DNA from: Octopus sinensis | Lineage: Eukaryota | Direction: 5' to 3' | NCBI RefSeq assembly: GCF_006345805.1 | Contig: NC_043005.1 | Coordinates: 13,764,001-13,828,000, forward strand | Length of the DNA stretch: 64,000 nucleotides | Part shown: piece after piece, positions 1 to 13,553 of the stretch | How positions within the stretch are numbered: the first letter of the stretch is position 1 | Layout of the letters: every line of letters begins with the position of its first letter | The notes under the pieces: generated by a model | Databases searched by the model: none | Seen by the model: the letters and a program-made list of their open reading frames with translations, nothing else | What the model was told of the DNA's origin: nothing | Translations under genes and position numbers: made by a program

Positions 1-920
1 GTGGCCATGCTGGGGCACCGCCATTTGGTTTGCTACACGGGTTTACCTCACGGATGCTTTTTAGCAAAGCCATCTGATGCATGAGAGAGTTCGATGCAGC
101 TGCCCTCATCTGCACCTCATGCCGTGAAGTGGTTCATCCGGGACACCTGACAGGAAGAGATCCAGTCCTACTTTAAAGACATCCGCATCTACACCATGCA
201 GGTCCCTCAGGTTCTTCGGGAGGACATTGAAGAGCCGTGGGCCTCTGAAGCCCAGGCTATCACAATATCTTGTCCTACATCTTGATGGCAAATTTGGAGT
301 CCTTGGTACTACGTAGTGGCGTCCGGTTCTGGCGTTTGTGTGACTCTCGATGCCAAGGTCTGGGACAAGACCTTCCAGGATCTTCCAGATATATATTATG
401 GCATATCTTTCTCGCCTACGCTCCAGGGAATAGAGCTTTAATCTCTTGAGTCTCTCCCAGTAGCTCGTATGCTGCACAGAGGCTATCTTCTTCGTGTAGC
501 TTCGTTGGATCGCCTCAAGTTCTGTGATCAACTTGACACTGGATGGTGACCATAGCTGAGAGCAATAGTCAAAATGGCTTAGGACAAGTGTCTTCCAGAG
601 GACCATCATGGTTTCTTGTTCTCTTGTTCTAAAAGTTCTAAGAATCCATCCAGCCAGCCGTCTGCATTTCATTATCAGTTTAGCAACATGTACATGAAAG
701 GTCGCGTCATCACTCATGTGAATACCCAGGTCACGCACTGATTGTGCCTCTGGGATTGCAATCCCTCTGGGTCCAGTGTATTCATTGGGTATTGCATTCA
801 GTTTTGCATGCTGATAGTATAAAGCTTGAAACTTTTCAGCATTGAACTACATGCTATTCTTTTCAGCCCACTTGTATATTTCGTCTAGCTCACATTGCAG
901 GTGTTTAGTGTCTTCAGTGT
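1..920 (-). mobile_element. CR1-clade LINE, 5'-truncated 3' fragment (RT C-terminus and 3' UTR)
   Basis: ORF 106-738 has CR1 C-terminal motifs (GWILRTFRTRE, DYCSQLWSP, SLERRRERY, FKVGLDLFL). The same frame continues through one stop to ~920 (ELDEIYKWAEKNSM*FNAEKF). Confidence 0.9.
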
Positions 921-934
921 ATATATATATATAT

Positions 935-1100
935 ACGATGGGCTTCTTTCAGTTTCTGTCTACCAAATCCACTCACAAGGCTTTGGTCGGCTTGAAGCTA
1001 CAGTAGAAGACACTTGTCCAAGATACCACGCAGTGGGACTGAAGCCGGAAACATGTGGTTGGTAAGCAAGCTACTTACCACACAGCCACTCCTACACCTA
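935..1100 (-). mobile_element. tRNA-derived SINE, head half (bipartite family, full copy at 22488-22895)
   Basis: Reverse complement reads ggagtggctgtgtggtaagtagcttgcttaccaaccacatg...ggaaactgaaagaagccc, matching the copies at 22488, 25448 and 53250. Confidence 0.85.
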
Positions 1101-1134
1101 TCACAGCCACTTGTTTGTTAGTTTTATTCTTTTC

Positions 1135-1675
1135 TTTCTAATTTTGGCACAAGACTAGCAATTTTTAGGAGTGGGGTAACTCGGTTATATCCACCTCAGT
1201 ACTTGGCTGGTATTCCGTTTTATCGTCTCCGAAAAGATGAAAAACAGAGTCGATATCGGCGTCATTTGAACTCAGAACGCAATGCCGCGAAGCATTTTGT
1301 TGGTCGTATTAAATTTTCTGCTAGCTTGCTCACTTGAACCTGATGGAATAATACTGGTTTCTAAATTTTCGGCACAGGGCTATCGGAGGAGAGTGTAAGT
1401 CGATTACATCGACCCCTGTGCTCAACTGGCACTTACGTTTATCGACCACGACAGGACGAAAAGGGAAATCGACCTCGGCGGAATTTGAACTCCGAACGTA
1501 GCAACGGGCGAAATATCGCTAAGCCTTTCGTCCAGCGCGCTAACGATTCTGCCAGCTCGCCGCTTCGGCTGGAAAAATAATACTGATTTCAAATTTTAGC
1601 AAAAGGCCAGTAATTTTGCAGGAAATACCGTTAAACATTTTGCCCGTGTGCTAACGATTCTGCCAGCTCGCCGTC
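1135..1675 (-). mobile_element. Cluster of 2-3 tRNA-derived SINE copies (gtcgacctcggcggaatttgaactcagaacg family)
   Basis: The motif with A/B-box-like head (RC ggcgagctggcagaa...gttctgagttcaaattcc) recurs more than 15 times in the window, e.g. ~7.4, 8.3, 11.6, 14.4, 15.7, 19.8, 20.9, 41.3 and 45.0 kb. Confidence 0.85.
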
Positions 1676-1690
1676 TTGAACATATTGAAT

Positions 1691-1753
<63 letters not shown>

Positions 1754-2789
1754 TAATGATAATAATAATAATAAAATAAGCTTGCACTGAATAACAACAG
1801 AAAAAGAAGCCCGTACTGAATAACAACATGGATGGACTAAACCGGGCTCTCCATTCAAAAACAAATCTAATCCAATAACATCGGTGGAATTGGATAAAGG
1901 AACCTGGGGAAAACTTGAAGGAAGCGACCTTGTAACGAAGATACTAAGAAAAAAAAACGAAATTTTACTGCAATACAAAGTACAGCTTCTCCTACGCACG
2001 GTGTCTCAATGAAACGTGCGAAACACACGTGCGATATCAACCCCGGAAAGTTTACATAGAATAAAATAGAAACGGAACAAAATAAAAAAATAGTGAGTAC
2101 ATAAATTTAGTAATTACGCATACACTCGAATGTCTACACAATCATATATACACTCTGATACCCATAGGACTACACATACATCCCAAAGTTGAACACACTA
2201 AGTGAAATTTACAGGACACACACTCACGCACATGAAAAAACGTGTCACAGACCAAGCAAAAACAAAATCAAAACTTTCTTTGTTTTTCTTTCATATTTTA
2301 TTCTCATATTTCGAACTACCACAGACAAAGTGAACCTTTCATATGGGTAAAAAAAACACCACAAAAAAACTAGGCGATCCTTCGTTATAGGTACACACGT
2401 GACTTTGTTTACATTTCTGAAGATAAGAGAAACCCTTTTCCGCCACACCTAACCCTAACCCTAACCCAAACCCTAACAAACTATATATAAATAAAACACT
2501 TTCTTGAAATGTATCCGGTACTTCCGGTACCTACACCGGTACTTATTTCGAAGTTACGCCAAAAACTATGTCCGAAGGTAAACCTAAATAAATTTTAAAA
2601 ATGCAGACGAATACAGATCTGCCAGCCTTAAGAAATTACGCTACGAACGATATTTACATGCAGAGGCGGTGTCGTCGCAAAAACTTAACCCTAAACTGAC
2701 AGATCCGACTCCTAATGTAAGAACCGAAGCTCGTCATGCCTCAATGTCAACAAAACAAATTACAAACCGCAATGGTCATCGATCGGTTT

Positions 2790-5620
2790 AGAAAAGACCA
2801 CAAACCAGAATATTGAACCAAATTCTGATTGAAAAATCAGCTACTGGTTCAAATCTTCCCGACACACAAGAGCTAGACGTACCCCACAGCCGGAATATTC
2901 CAACAGATGGCCACCCATGCCCGTCACCAAATAACCAAAAGAAAAAAAATGAAAAATGGTCTAGGGAAGATAATAAGGAAGTTCTTACGGCCTTCTACCA
3001 TGCCATATATTTCCCAACAGATAAATCTAACATTGTACAAACCTACATAAACTGGAGACAGAAACACCCTAAAGTAAGACCCTACATAGACAGTAACAAA
3101 CTTACCAACGTCAGAAGAAACATTATAAAAGAATTACTGACTGAAGTAGAGATTGACCAAATCAAACAAGCAGTAACGGATAAAAACAACGAAGCTGCAG
3201 CTAAAGAAGATAATACAGAGGGAATAATTATAGACCAGCCCAGGGCTGATAAAAATGCAGTAAGGATTGAAAGAGTTAGTATAACTGATAGGCAAAGTTA
3301 AATACTCACTGAACCAATCATAAACACTAAAGACAGATGAACATCAAACAGAAGGAGAACGTCACACAAATATTGGCCCAACTGAACTACATGAGCTAAA
3401 GAATCAAATCATGATTGAATGGCTGAAAATTAAATAAACCAGTATGGGTGAACGTGATACACTCCCCAGAATCCGCAACTCCAACCAAAACATGAAAATA
3501 ATTGGTAAAATCCGCCTTGCACTTAAGGATATAATTTCAGCTAATGATGTTAATATCACAGATCTCAACCACCTGTAATATGCATCCACGAAAATCTCAA
3601 CGATTCTACATGGTGAAAAGATTAGAAAACGGCAACATTCCCACAAAAAGCCTTCTTAGCAAGAGCGTATCCAACATCAAATTAATCTACTTAGGTCTGA
3701 CATTGAATGTTTGAAAAACCTTAAGGTAGACAAGACTACCAAGCCTACAGAAACCCAAAAATTAAAGAAAAAATATAATATGAAAACTATACTTGATATT
3801 GATGTCACCATAGAAACTATCAAGCAAAAGTGTCTGCTAAAGCTGCCCGCATAGCGAGGTATGAAAAGCGTGTTATATTCTTCAAGGACAACAACATGTT
3901 CAAAAATAACACCAAAACTTTTTACAGGAAGATAGGGAAAACACCAGTTACTGTAAAGTCTGTACCATCAAAAGAAAAAGTGCAGGGTTTTTGGAATAAA
4001 ATTTGGGCAGAAGAAAAAACACAAATAGTGAGTACATAAATTGAAAGAATAGCTACGTACTTGTACTCCTTAGAGGAGCAAAAGTGGGAGGGTGTCAAGG
4101 TAGAAGATGTAAGATCTGCTCTCAGGAGTTCAAGCAAATGGAAGTCTCCAGCAAAGGATAAAATTCCTAACTTCTGGTTGAATGCCTTCCCAGAGAGCCA
4201 TGAACTGCTAACAGAACTTTGCAATAATGTTTGCAACACCCTAGTTTGATGCCTGCTTGGCTAGTTAATGGTTTAACATTCCTGCTCCCCAAAAGGGAAG
4301 AAACAAATGAACCAAAAAAACGATAGACCCATAACCTGCTTAACAACTATGTATAAAACGCAAGCATCTGTCCTGACGGAATATACCTATAGTTTTTTAA
4401 CAGACAGCAGCATATTCCCTAATGAACAGAAAGGATGTAAACGTGGATCCTATGGTTGTAAAGATCAGCTACTCATCAATAAGATGATCTTAGAAGATTG
4501 TCACAAACGACACAAAAACTTATCAATAGCCTGGATAGACCATAAAAAGGCTTTTGATAGCCTACCACATAGCTTGATTAAGAAATACCTGGAAATGTAT
4601 AAAATAGCGCCTACTCTGCGAAACCTTTTGTCTGTAAGTATGAAATCATGGAGAACCACACTAACTTTGAACAGTAACGATGAATCTCTAAATGCTGGTG
4701 ATGTAAAAATTTCATGTGGCATTTTCCAGAGCGACTCACTATTACCACTCTCTCAAAATTGCTCAATGACGCACAGTTCGGATATAAAATGTTGGATAAA
4801 AATATAAATCATCTCATTTATATGGATGATTTAAAGCTCTTTGCAAAAAATGACCAAAAGCTCAAGGGCTTACTAACGATTTTTAAACAATTCAGTGATA
4901 ACATCAGAATGCAATTTGGCCTCGATAAATGTGCAAAAGCTACATTTATCAAAGGAAAAATGACAGAAACATCTAACATTTACCTGGACCAGCAGAATAT
5001 CATAAAAGAGTTAGACCCAGCAGAGAGCTACAAGTACCTAGTGGTAATTGAAGGGGATGGAATAAGGCATTCAGTGATGAAGGAAAGGATCAGGAGAGAA
5101 TGTTATCGCAGAGTAAAAGCAATACTCAAGACAGAGCTGAATGCGAGAAACAGGATCGAAGCGATCAATGCTTTAGCCATACCAGTCGTGACTTACAGTT
5201 TCAATATCGTTAACTGGTCAAGTACTGAAATAAGTAATCTTGACAGAAAAATACGAAAACTGTTGACAATGCATAGAATGCACCACCCTAAGGCAGATAC
5301 AGAACGACTTTATCTGCCAAGAAAAGAGGGAGGCCGTGGACTTTTACAACTGGCAATAACAATGAAGATTGCTACAATTGGCCTAGACATCTACCTGAAA
5401 AACTCTGGGGACTGGATGTTAAAACTGGTCTCAAAACATGAAAACAAGAAAGCATCATACTCAGTAACAAAACAGGCAAAGGAATATCTAAGTGAATTCC
5501 GAATACAACAAATTTCGGACTTAGACATATAAGAAACAAGCACAGAAAAAGCTAAGCGCATGAAAACCCGTGCTAAAACTGCTGCCTTAGATATTCTGAA
5601 TGATAAATGGCAAGAAAAAG
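2790..5620 (+). mobile_element. R4/Dong-clade non-LTR retrotransposon, degenerate, 3' end (REL endonuclease) missing
   Basis: KWSREDNKEVL N-terminal motif (2813-3301). RT motifs YGCKDQLLINKMIL, AWIDHKKAFDS, HLIYMDDLKLF, FGLDKCAK and HHPKADTERLYLPRKEGGRGL across ORFs 4307-4807 and 4714-5532. Several stops and frameshifts. Confidence 0.85.
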
Positions 5621-5928
5621 GGCAATTAGGTATATCTTATATTATGTATCGTTAAGTATTGAATAGGGTGATGTATTTTTTTTCTCAGGGATGTTTTGCA
5701 GCTGCGTCTAACAGGTTGAACAAGTTATATTCTTGAAACCACAGTTTAATTCAAATACGGTACAATTTTTGCCAAGCATTAGGAAGGCCTGACCAATTCT
5801 TTGTTAACGTATTGGGAGGATTTCAAAAATCCCCTTAATTGATTCCGATTGCATATGCAACAGAATGACGGGCGATTACATATTTGATGTCACTGAGGTG
5901 AACCACTTAAAAGCAATGATTAGATAGT

Positions 5929-6309
5929 TCGGATCTTTTAGGTTTGAACGGTAGTTTTTTCTAGCGGTGTCATATGAAATTGTCACCCATAATTATGACT
6001 CTAGTATCGATCTATTGCATTTCAATCTGTTAGGGTTAGGGTATCTTTTTTCTTCACAAATGTAAATAAACCTAATCTGTTTCTTAAACGAGGGACATAT
6101 TCATACGGCACAGAATGTTTTTACCTCAATGGACGTCATCGATTAGTTGAAATTGCAGAAATTGAAGAAAAAAAACAACAAGTATCTTACAAACTATAGA
6201 ATTTTCTCAATAAAGCCAAGAGAAAAAGATGTTTTATAACCACAGTTTAAAATTTTTTAGTTACCTAGAAATTATGTTAAAAATTGACGTTCAAACCGAA
6301 AAGATCCGA
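5929..6309. mobile_element. MITE with ~22-bp terminal inverted repeats
   Basis: Left end tcggatcttttaggtttgaacg; right end cgttcaaaccgaaaagatccga (one mismatch). No coding capacity; internal gttagggttaggg. Confidence 0.75.
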
Positions 6310-6626
6310 TATTTCTTACAATCTCCAACAACAAACTATTCTTAACAGACTTCTTTTCTTCTTCTTTGTATTCTAGTTTTTTTTTAACGATAGGTGATAG
6401 TCCAGAGTGTTCTGGCTTTCACTGAAGTCTTGTTTGTCGACCTTGGTTTCGCCAATATAAAAGCGTAATTTAGAGGTAGAGCACAAATAGAACGCAACCT
6501 AAATTTATCATCTCTCCTTCATGAATAATCTAAATATTACCTTTTAAATAGATTCCTCGTCGTCGATTATAAATATATATATATATAAACACACACACAT
6601 ACATACACACGCACACATGTGCATAT

Positions 6627-6675
<49 letters not shown>

Positions 6676-6684
6676 CATACACAC

Positions 6685-7252
6685 AAAGTACTACCGCACT
6701 TTACGAGGACTCACTTTACGAGAACCCAAGTTTCTGAGTTTTATTTTATTATAAGTTTTTCAAGCACAAGATCCAAATTTTGAATAATGAGCAAAAGTTA
6801 TTACTTCTACAACAAATGCTTCAGCGTGTAATGAGAAATTTATAGAGAGCGAGAAAAAATGATTTTAAGCAAACAACTCTAGACTTGCTTTTCAAAAAGA
6901 AATCTACAAGTCCGTCTACGGGTACTTGTGAATCGGTGATCGCCTCTACAAGTGATGGCGTGTGCGAATTTAGTGCAAGTGAAAGTGTTTCTGAAAACGA
7001 CAATAATAATTAAAATATTGTTTATTATAAATGATCTTGACATTCTTTTTGCTTTACATGAAATATTCCTTACATTCTACTGCTGCTTTATTGCCATTTA
7101 TTTACAAGTAATATAAATTTTATAGGTAAAAATACTTTTCTAGGAACGAATTATGATTTATATGGGTAATTATTGCTCTGCTTTACGAGTTTTCGCCTGA
7201 CAAACTGTGTCTAGGAACAAATAATGAACTCGTATGTCGAGGTGTTACTCTG
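6685..7252. mobile_element. Tigger/pogo-like non-autonomous DNA element
   Basis: Imperfect TIR-like ends (tactaccgcactttacgag ... ctcgtatgtcgaggtgttac). Its 3' half recurs at ~15835-16050. Confidence 0.55.
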
Positions 7253-7539
7253 TGTGTATGTGTTTGTGTACTCTGATGGATGAGACTAAAGGAAAAGGGG
7301 GAACTTCCAAATATAATGATCCAGCAAAAAATAGCTGAAAACAGAAGTGAGAATAGAAACAATTCTTCGAAAAAACCGACTTTAGAAATACTCCTGAAAT
7401 TTGGTGGAGGAGAGTGGTCGATATCATCGATCTCACTGATTAGCTAGTATTTAATTTATCGACCCTGAATGGATGAAAGACAAAGTCGACCTCGACGGAA
7501 TTCGGACTCAGAACGTAGCGACGGACGAAATACCTAGTT

Positions 7540-7765
7540 CTTTACTACCCACAAGGGGCTAAACACAGAGAGGACAAACAAGGACAGACAAAAGGATTAA
7601 GTCGATTATATCGACACCAGTGCATAACTGGTACTTAATTTATCGTCCCCGAAAGGATGAAAGGCAAAGTCGACCTTCACGGAATTTGAACTCAGAACGT
7701 AACGGCAGACGAAATACGGCTACGCATTTCGCCCGGCGTGCTAACGTTTCTGCCAGCTCGCCGCC
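7540..7765 (-). mobile_element. tRNA-derived SINE with cccacaaggggctaaacacagagagg tail
   Basis: Closely similar to the copy at 41320-41547, including the tail. Confidence 0.85.
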
Positions 7766-9009
7766 TTTTCCGACTTTAGGAATGATGATAGGAAAAAGAA
7801 AATATATATATATAACCAGAACACACATTCTTTCAAGCATACAAAATATTTGGTGCAGAGGGAGGGGCTAAGATATAGCAATAAAAGTTATATTTATGTC
7901 TCATTAGATAATGTAAAAAAATAAGATTAATTGGTTATGGTAGTAGATGTTAGTCTCTCGTTTCGTTTATTTTTGTCGGCAGGTGGATACAAGAAAACTG
8001 ATTTAGTGAAGCTAAAATTAGACGTACCATTTCTGTTTTGAGTTAAATATTTGTCAGGTAGTATTGGTCTTCATACTGGAACTTGTCCTGTCTTGTAAGT
8101 CCGGTAGTATTTTGGAATAGAAAGATGATCATTTCTGTTTGTTTGTTTTCTTTTTAGTTAAGTTTGGACATTAGGTGATGATGAAGATGATGAAGATGAT
8201 GATGATGATGATGATGATGATGCTGATAATGAGGAGGAGGAGGAGGAGAATCCTTTCGACTATAGGAGCAAGGTCTGACATTATAGGGGGCGCATTAGTC
8301 CATTACATCGAGCTCAATGCTCAACTGCTACATATGTTAATAATCCCAAATGGATGAACAGTGAAGTCCGACCTAGGCGGAATTTTGAACTCCAGGATGG
8401 ACAAAAGGTCGCTGAGAATTTTATCCAGTTCATAACGATTATATCAGATCGCCACCCTAATAATAATCCTTTCTACTTTAGACACAAGGCCTGAAAGTTT
8501 GAGGGAGGGGGATAGTCGATTACATCGACCCCAGTACATAATTTATCGACCCCAAACGGATGAAAGACAATGTCGACCTCGACGGATTTTGAACTCAGAA
8601 CATACTGACGAAATTCCGCTAAGCATTTTGTCCGGCCCTCTAACGAATCTGCTAGTTTGCCGCCTTAATAATAATAATTATTATTTCATTTATCAGCCAC
8701 TAGGGCCGGCATATAGACAGTACAGTATATATGGACAGTGGGGATTTTACGCAGAAACAACGAGTGCTCAAAACAATAACAATGATATCCAGCAAAAGAT
8801 TCTGCCAGCTCGCCGCCTTAATAAGTATATTAATAATAAAGGATTTTGAGATTGGTAGTTGAATGTTGAATATCTCTCACGATAAGTAACATCTAAGCTT
8901 ATAATGTGCAGAAAGAGACCCTGTGGGTCCCCTCACAGCAGGCTATTGTGCGCTCTCACGGAATCTACCAAAACAAACATGACCAAACTTTCAGAGAAGT
9001 AAAACAATA

Positions 9010-10715
9010 GTTATAATAATTCTTTCTTTATTCAGTAATAAGGGTTCACAAAGAGAAAAAAAATTGGATAAGGTACTGGATAATACAATGCGGAGCTAGA
9101 AGCATGGAACGAAGATAATATAAATTCTAATGGTGAATAATTTCCCAAATGAGAGAGACTACTTTACAGGAGCAGATTTAGAATAGGTTCATTCAATCGG
9201 GCCATACTTGTCACATTGACCCACCTTTCAACAAAATTGCTGGGAGGAAGCACTTTCTCCTTCATACTCACATTTTGTTTTTCAAATTACGTTGAAAAAG
9301 TTGATGAGGAGAAAAACGTCTTCAGCTTTTTCAATCTGGTCCACCACACAACTTCTTTCGCTAAGGCTACCAGATATATAAATACAGCCTGCCATTCCCT
9401 AACATAGAAATGTAGCTCGGCGTTCTTCACAATTGGTTCGTCCTACACGCGAGAGCAGGTGTTCGACATAAACCATCGAGTTTGCAACGCTCGGGCCCTG
9501 GAATAGAGCGTGCAGCAAAGTTTCATCGCTCGTTGCGGATGTTGGACAATCCCGACTAATGCTACTTGCATGCCTGTAGACTTTATCCCGAACAGGCAAT
9601 GTCACTCCTGTAGCACTGCCAAGTGAAGGATTTCTGGAAATTGTCCTTGGGCCCTGGCCATAAAGTCCTCCGGATCAGATGAGCCAATTAATTCTCATCG
9701 GCACCCCGAGTTTCCTCGAAGACGTCACCACATTTGACCGCCGCTAATTCTCGATAAAACGCTAAAGTGGTATTCCACCTACTGTATTGCCTAACCGACA
9801 GAGGACTGTGAGCACCTGGCGACACTGTAGGCGTCAGACGCCCTGCCTAGATCTACGCTTGATTCTGGATTGCAGCTTAGTGAAAAAGAGGAGTTGCGGA
9901 AAAGCGAGTCTGACAAACAGCGACTGCACCTGCACACTATCAAGAAAGCGTTGGAAATGTCGCAACCTCAGCACATGTCTGCGCATCATTAGCCATGGCA
10001 TGCTCAGTCCTTCATTCGACGGGTGTTGACAACAAATGGAGTGCCTAAAGACTCCCTTCCATATAAAGTGGAAGAATATTCTCTTCAATTTGGTCAGACG
10101 TAAACTAGGGCAAGACACGACGGTCAAGTGGTGCATGAATTTGCCACCTCTACCCGACCTTTCAGAGATGTTTTCTCTCGGCCCATTTCTATGTGAAATT
10201 AGCCACCCAGCTCGTCACTTTGTCCCAATTTTTCTCCAGGAGATCTGGACCAAACCTGACCCCAAGTAATTCATTCGGTCCTTTCGTCCAGCATCATTGA
10301 CCTGCCTCTCTAGGTGCCGAACTGCAGGCTCACTGACTTTTTTGGTTAGTTTTTACTCCTGTCATCGCCTCGAATTCTCCGAGAGCAATGCCGATTAGGT
10401 CTATGTGCCTGGTGTGCAACACTATAATGTTTACTTCGTTTACGTATGTCAATACAGCTTACCCACGTCTTAGCTCGCGTAGGATGTCTCTGAACGTATC
10501 CAGTTTCCGAAGTAGTGGCTCTCTAGAGCCAGTACATTAAAAAAAGACGAGAGGGGACAGCGTTGATGGACCGAACACATGATGCTGAATAGTTCCGATT
10601 GGTAACCATTCACCCGAACTACCGATCAGATATCGCTCTACATTGCTGCAATCCAGCCATGGAGAACGGGACCGAAACAAGCCGCCGTAAGAACGACCGC
10701 CACTTTCTCACTTTC
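9010..10715 (-). mobile_element. Tx1/L1-clade LINE ORF2 3' fragment, degenerate
   Basis: Minus-strand translation gives FGPVLHGWIAAM*SDI*SVVRVNG, SVHQRCPLSSFFNVLALEPLLRKL (RT domain 4), IFFHFIWKG...GLSMP, and a decayed C-terminal zinc knuckle (DCPTSATSDETLLHALFQG). Confidence 0.8.
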
Positions 10716-11799
10716 AGCATTGCTGTTGAGTGTTTTATCGCTTCTTCTATTGGATATCTCACCTCTACCATACCATAATTTCTTCTCCTAGCAACGTAAC
10801 TCTTAATAATCCAGACTTGTTTTAGATATTTTTCTATCTTTATGTATCGCCTGCCCATTTATTTATTTATTCTTTTTTTTCCATACTAATTGTTCTAAAA
10901 GTAACCATTTTGAAATTTGCTTCCTGTTGGACGAAAAACGGGATAGCTAAATTTATATCTTCCTTGTGTCATCAACGTGTGTTTTTCCTGTTTTAACTCG
11001 TCGGCTAGGATGATAATTTTTCTTGCATTCGGCGGGCAATGTTAACGAAGGCAGCGACGGGTAAGTTCTCTATTGTGTTTCTTTTTTATTGCGTGTGTGG
11101 TAACAACTGCAGAGGTGTAAATTGTTGGCGTGTTGGCCATGGTCGGACAGTTTAAAATTTTGTTCATGTCGTTTCCATGTTTGTTATGACTTCCGCAGAT
11201 GTTGTTGTCGATATCATGCACTTTCTTATTTATCAAGTTGTTGCTTTTGTTGGTTTTGTTGTTGTTGATGTTGCTGTTATTTCGCTTGGTACTGGCTGTA
11301 GCACTGGTGGTGCTGCTGATTTGAGACAACGGCGAAAAAAAGCTGCATCAACATTTTCCGCTCCTTTTTCCTTCATCTCGGCGTTTGTCGAAAAATTCCA
11401 GATCATGATTTGTGACCTCAAAGAGCTGAAATAGAGTGAAACTAAGTTCACAAATGATTGCTTGTTAACTTGTTAAAACCGACATGGGACAGCAAAATAT
11501 AAGATTAATCTTTTCGAAACAAACCCAATTTTTTTTTTTATGTTTGCTGAGGGTCTTCTCTTTTCAAGTATTAATATTATAATAATAAGCCTTTCTACTA
11601 AAGGCGCAAGATCTGAAATTTCGTGGGAGGAGACTAGTCGATTACACCGATCCCTGTGTTTCACTGGCACTTATTTTACCGACCCCGAAAATATGAAAGG
11701 CAAAGTCGACGTCGGCGGAATTCGAATTCAGAACGTAAAGAGGGACGAAGTGCCGCTGAGGATTTTGTCCGATGTACTTACAATTCTGTCAGCTCGCCC

Positions 11800-12260
11800 A
11801 GAATGGAAAGAGATTGGCAAGGATTTACAAAACCAAATTACGATTCAATTGGCGTTTACCTAATAATGAAAAAGAAAAACATGAAGACAAAAAAAAAAAA
11901 AGAAGAAAAGGAAATGAAATGAGACCTTTCAGAAAGTTTACCTCCGAATATACAAGCACATATTCAAATAAATCTTATACTCGCAATGTATGTTCATTAT
12001 TTGCATCCAAAAAATGAGCTCATTTAACTGGGGTGGGATATAAAGCTTCCCTTGAAAGAGTGAGAAAAACCAGATCTCAATTCCCTCTGTCGTACCCATC
12101 ACACTTTCACTTTCATTTTGGGGGATCATACAGAGGAAGACTATATGTCACTCCTTGCCAAAAAAGAGAGAAGTAAGGTATCTTCACGATGATGTTGGTT
12201 GGCAATTGGATCCATCGCACATATTAGAACAAGATTTCAACGTTGTTGCTCAAGTGTGCA
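11800..12260. repeat. Unclassified interspersed repeat; inverted homolog at ~19170-19690
   Basis: gaaagagattggcaaggatttacaaaacc and catacagaggaagactatatgtcactccttgcc blocks occur reverse-complemented at 19.2-19.7 kb. Confidence 0.7.
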
Positions 12261-13429
12261 ATGTTTAAATCGTGACGAATTTCCGCTATACGGTTTCATC
12301 GATTTCTGCAATACTGGAGAAACTATGACAATGTGTATGACTTCCATACTGCAATTTACAGATTTTTGAATCCACAAGGATGTACAAATTATCAAAACAA
12401 AACTGTGGGATTTATGAAAAGTGGCATGCCAAAATGCAAGACAAATATAGTGCTAAATCAAAGGCCAGATATTCTACAATCTGGCACAATTCAAAGTGTT
12501 GTATACTGGGCTGTGCAATCATATTTATCACGTCGAGTGACCAATTCTCTTTATAGACAATGTGGGAAAAATCCCGTTGGGGTGTGAATGACGTCATCCA
12601 ATCGTAGGATGAATGCATTGGATTGTCGTTGCTTGTTGTCAGTCACAGATACCGAGTCGTCCTTCAGAGCCACCGAAACATGTTGTTCTTATGTTAAAAC
12701 CTTGCTACATGTGCTATTGTGCGCAAAGATTTTAAAAGCTGAAATTAATTAGAGACGCACAACGCAGTATTGAATGAAATATAGCTAAAATTTTATCTTT
12801 TACTTGTTTCAGTCATTAGACTGCGACCATGCTGGAGCACAGCATTGAAGACTTTTTTTTGCAGAATGAATCGAAAACAGTACTTAATCTTTTAAAGTCT
12901 GGTACTTATTCTATCGGTTTGATTTGCCGCACCGCTAACTTACGGGGTCACAAACACACAAACACCAGTTGTCAATCAGTGGTGAGGGGACAAGTGCAGT
13001 CAAACACACACGCAAACACACACACACACACACACTCACACACACACACAAATACACAGAGACAAAAACACACACAGACACACACGCGCACACACACACG
13101 AACACGAACATACAAGCACACACGCACAAACTCACATACGCACGCACATGTGCACACACACACACACGCACAAGCACACACACACACAAACACACGCATA
13201 TACACATAGACACACAGACACATTCACACACAAATCTCCACCGTGCTAAATTGCAGCCTACTGGTGAACAATTAAAGGATATACATTCAGTATGTGTGCT
13301 CAATAATGTTTATAACACTAACACTGCTTCTAATTCATATTTGAATATATACATACATACATACATACATACCCACAAACAAAAACACACACAAGCACAC
13401 ACACATATATCTGTGTGTGCATGTGTGTG

Positions 13430-13553
<124 letters not shown>

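Noticed and set aside
2450-2478. (CCCTAA)n telomere-like run (also gttagggttaggg at ~6030)
   Set aside because: Only 2-4 imperfect units embedded in interspersed-repeat sequence; not evidence of an interstitial telomere.
11042-11451. Possible ORF1 start of the Tx1 element
   Set aside because: Low-complexity Asn/Thr-rich ORFs without a recognisable ORF1 motif; position alone is insufficient.
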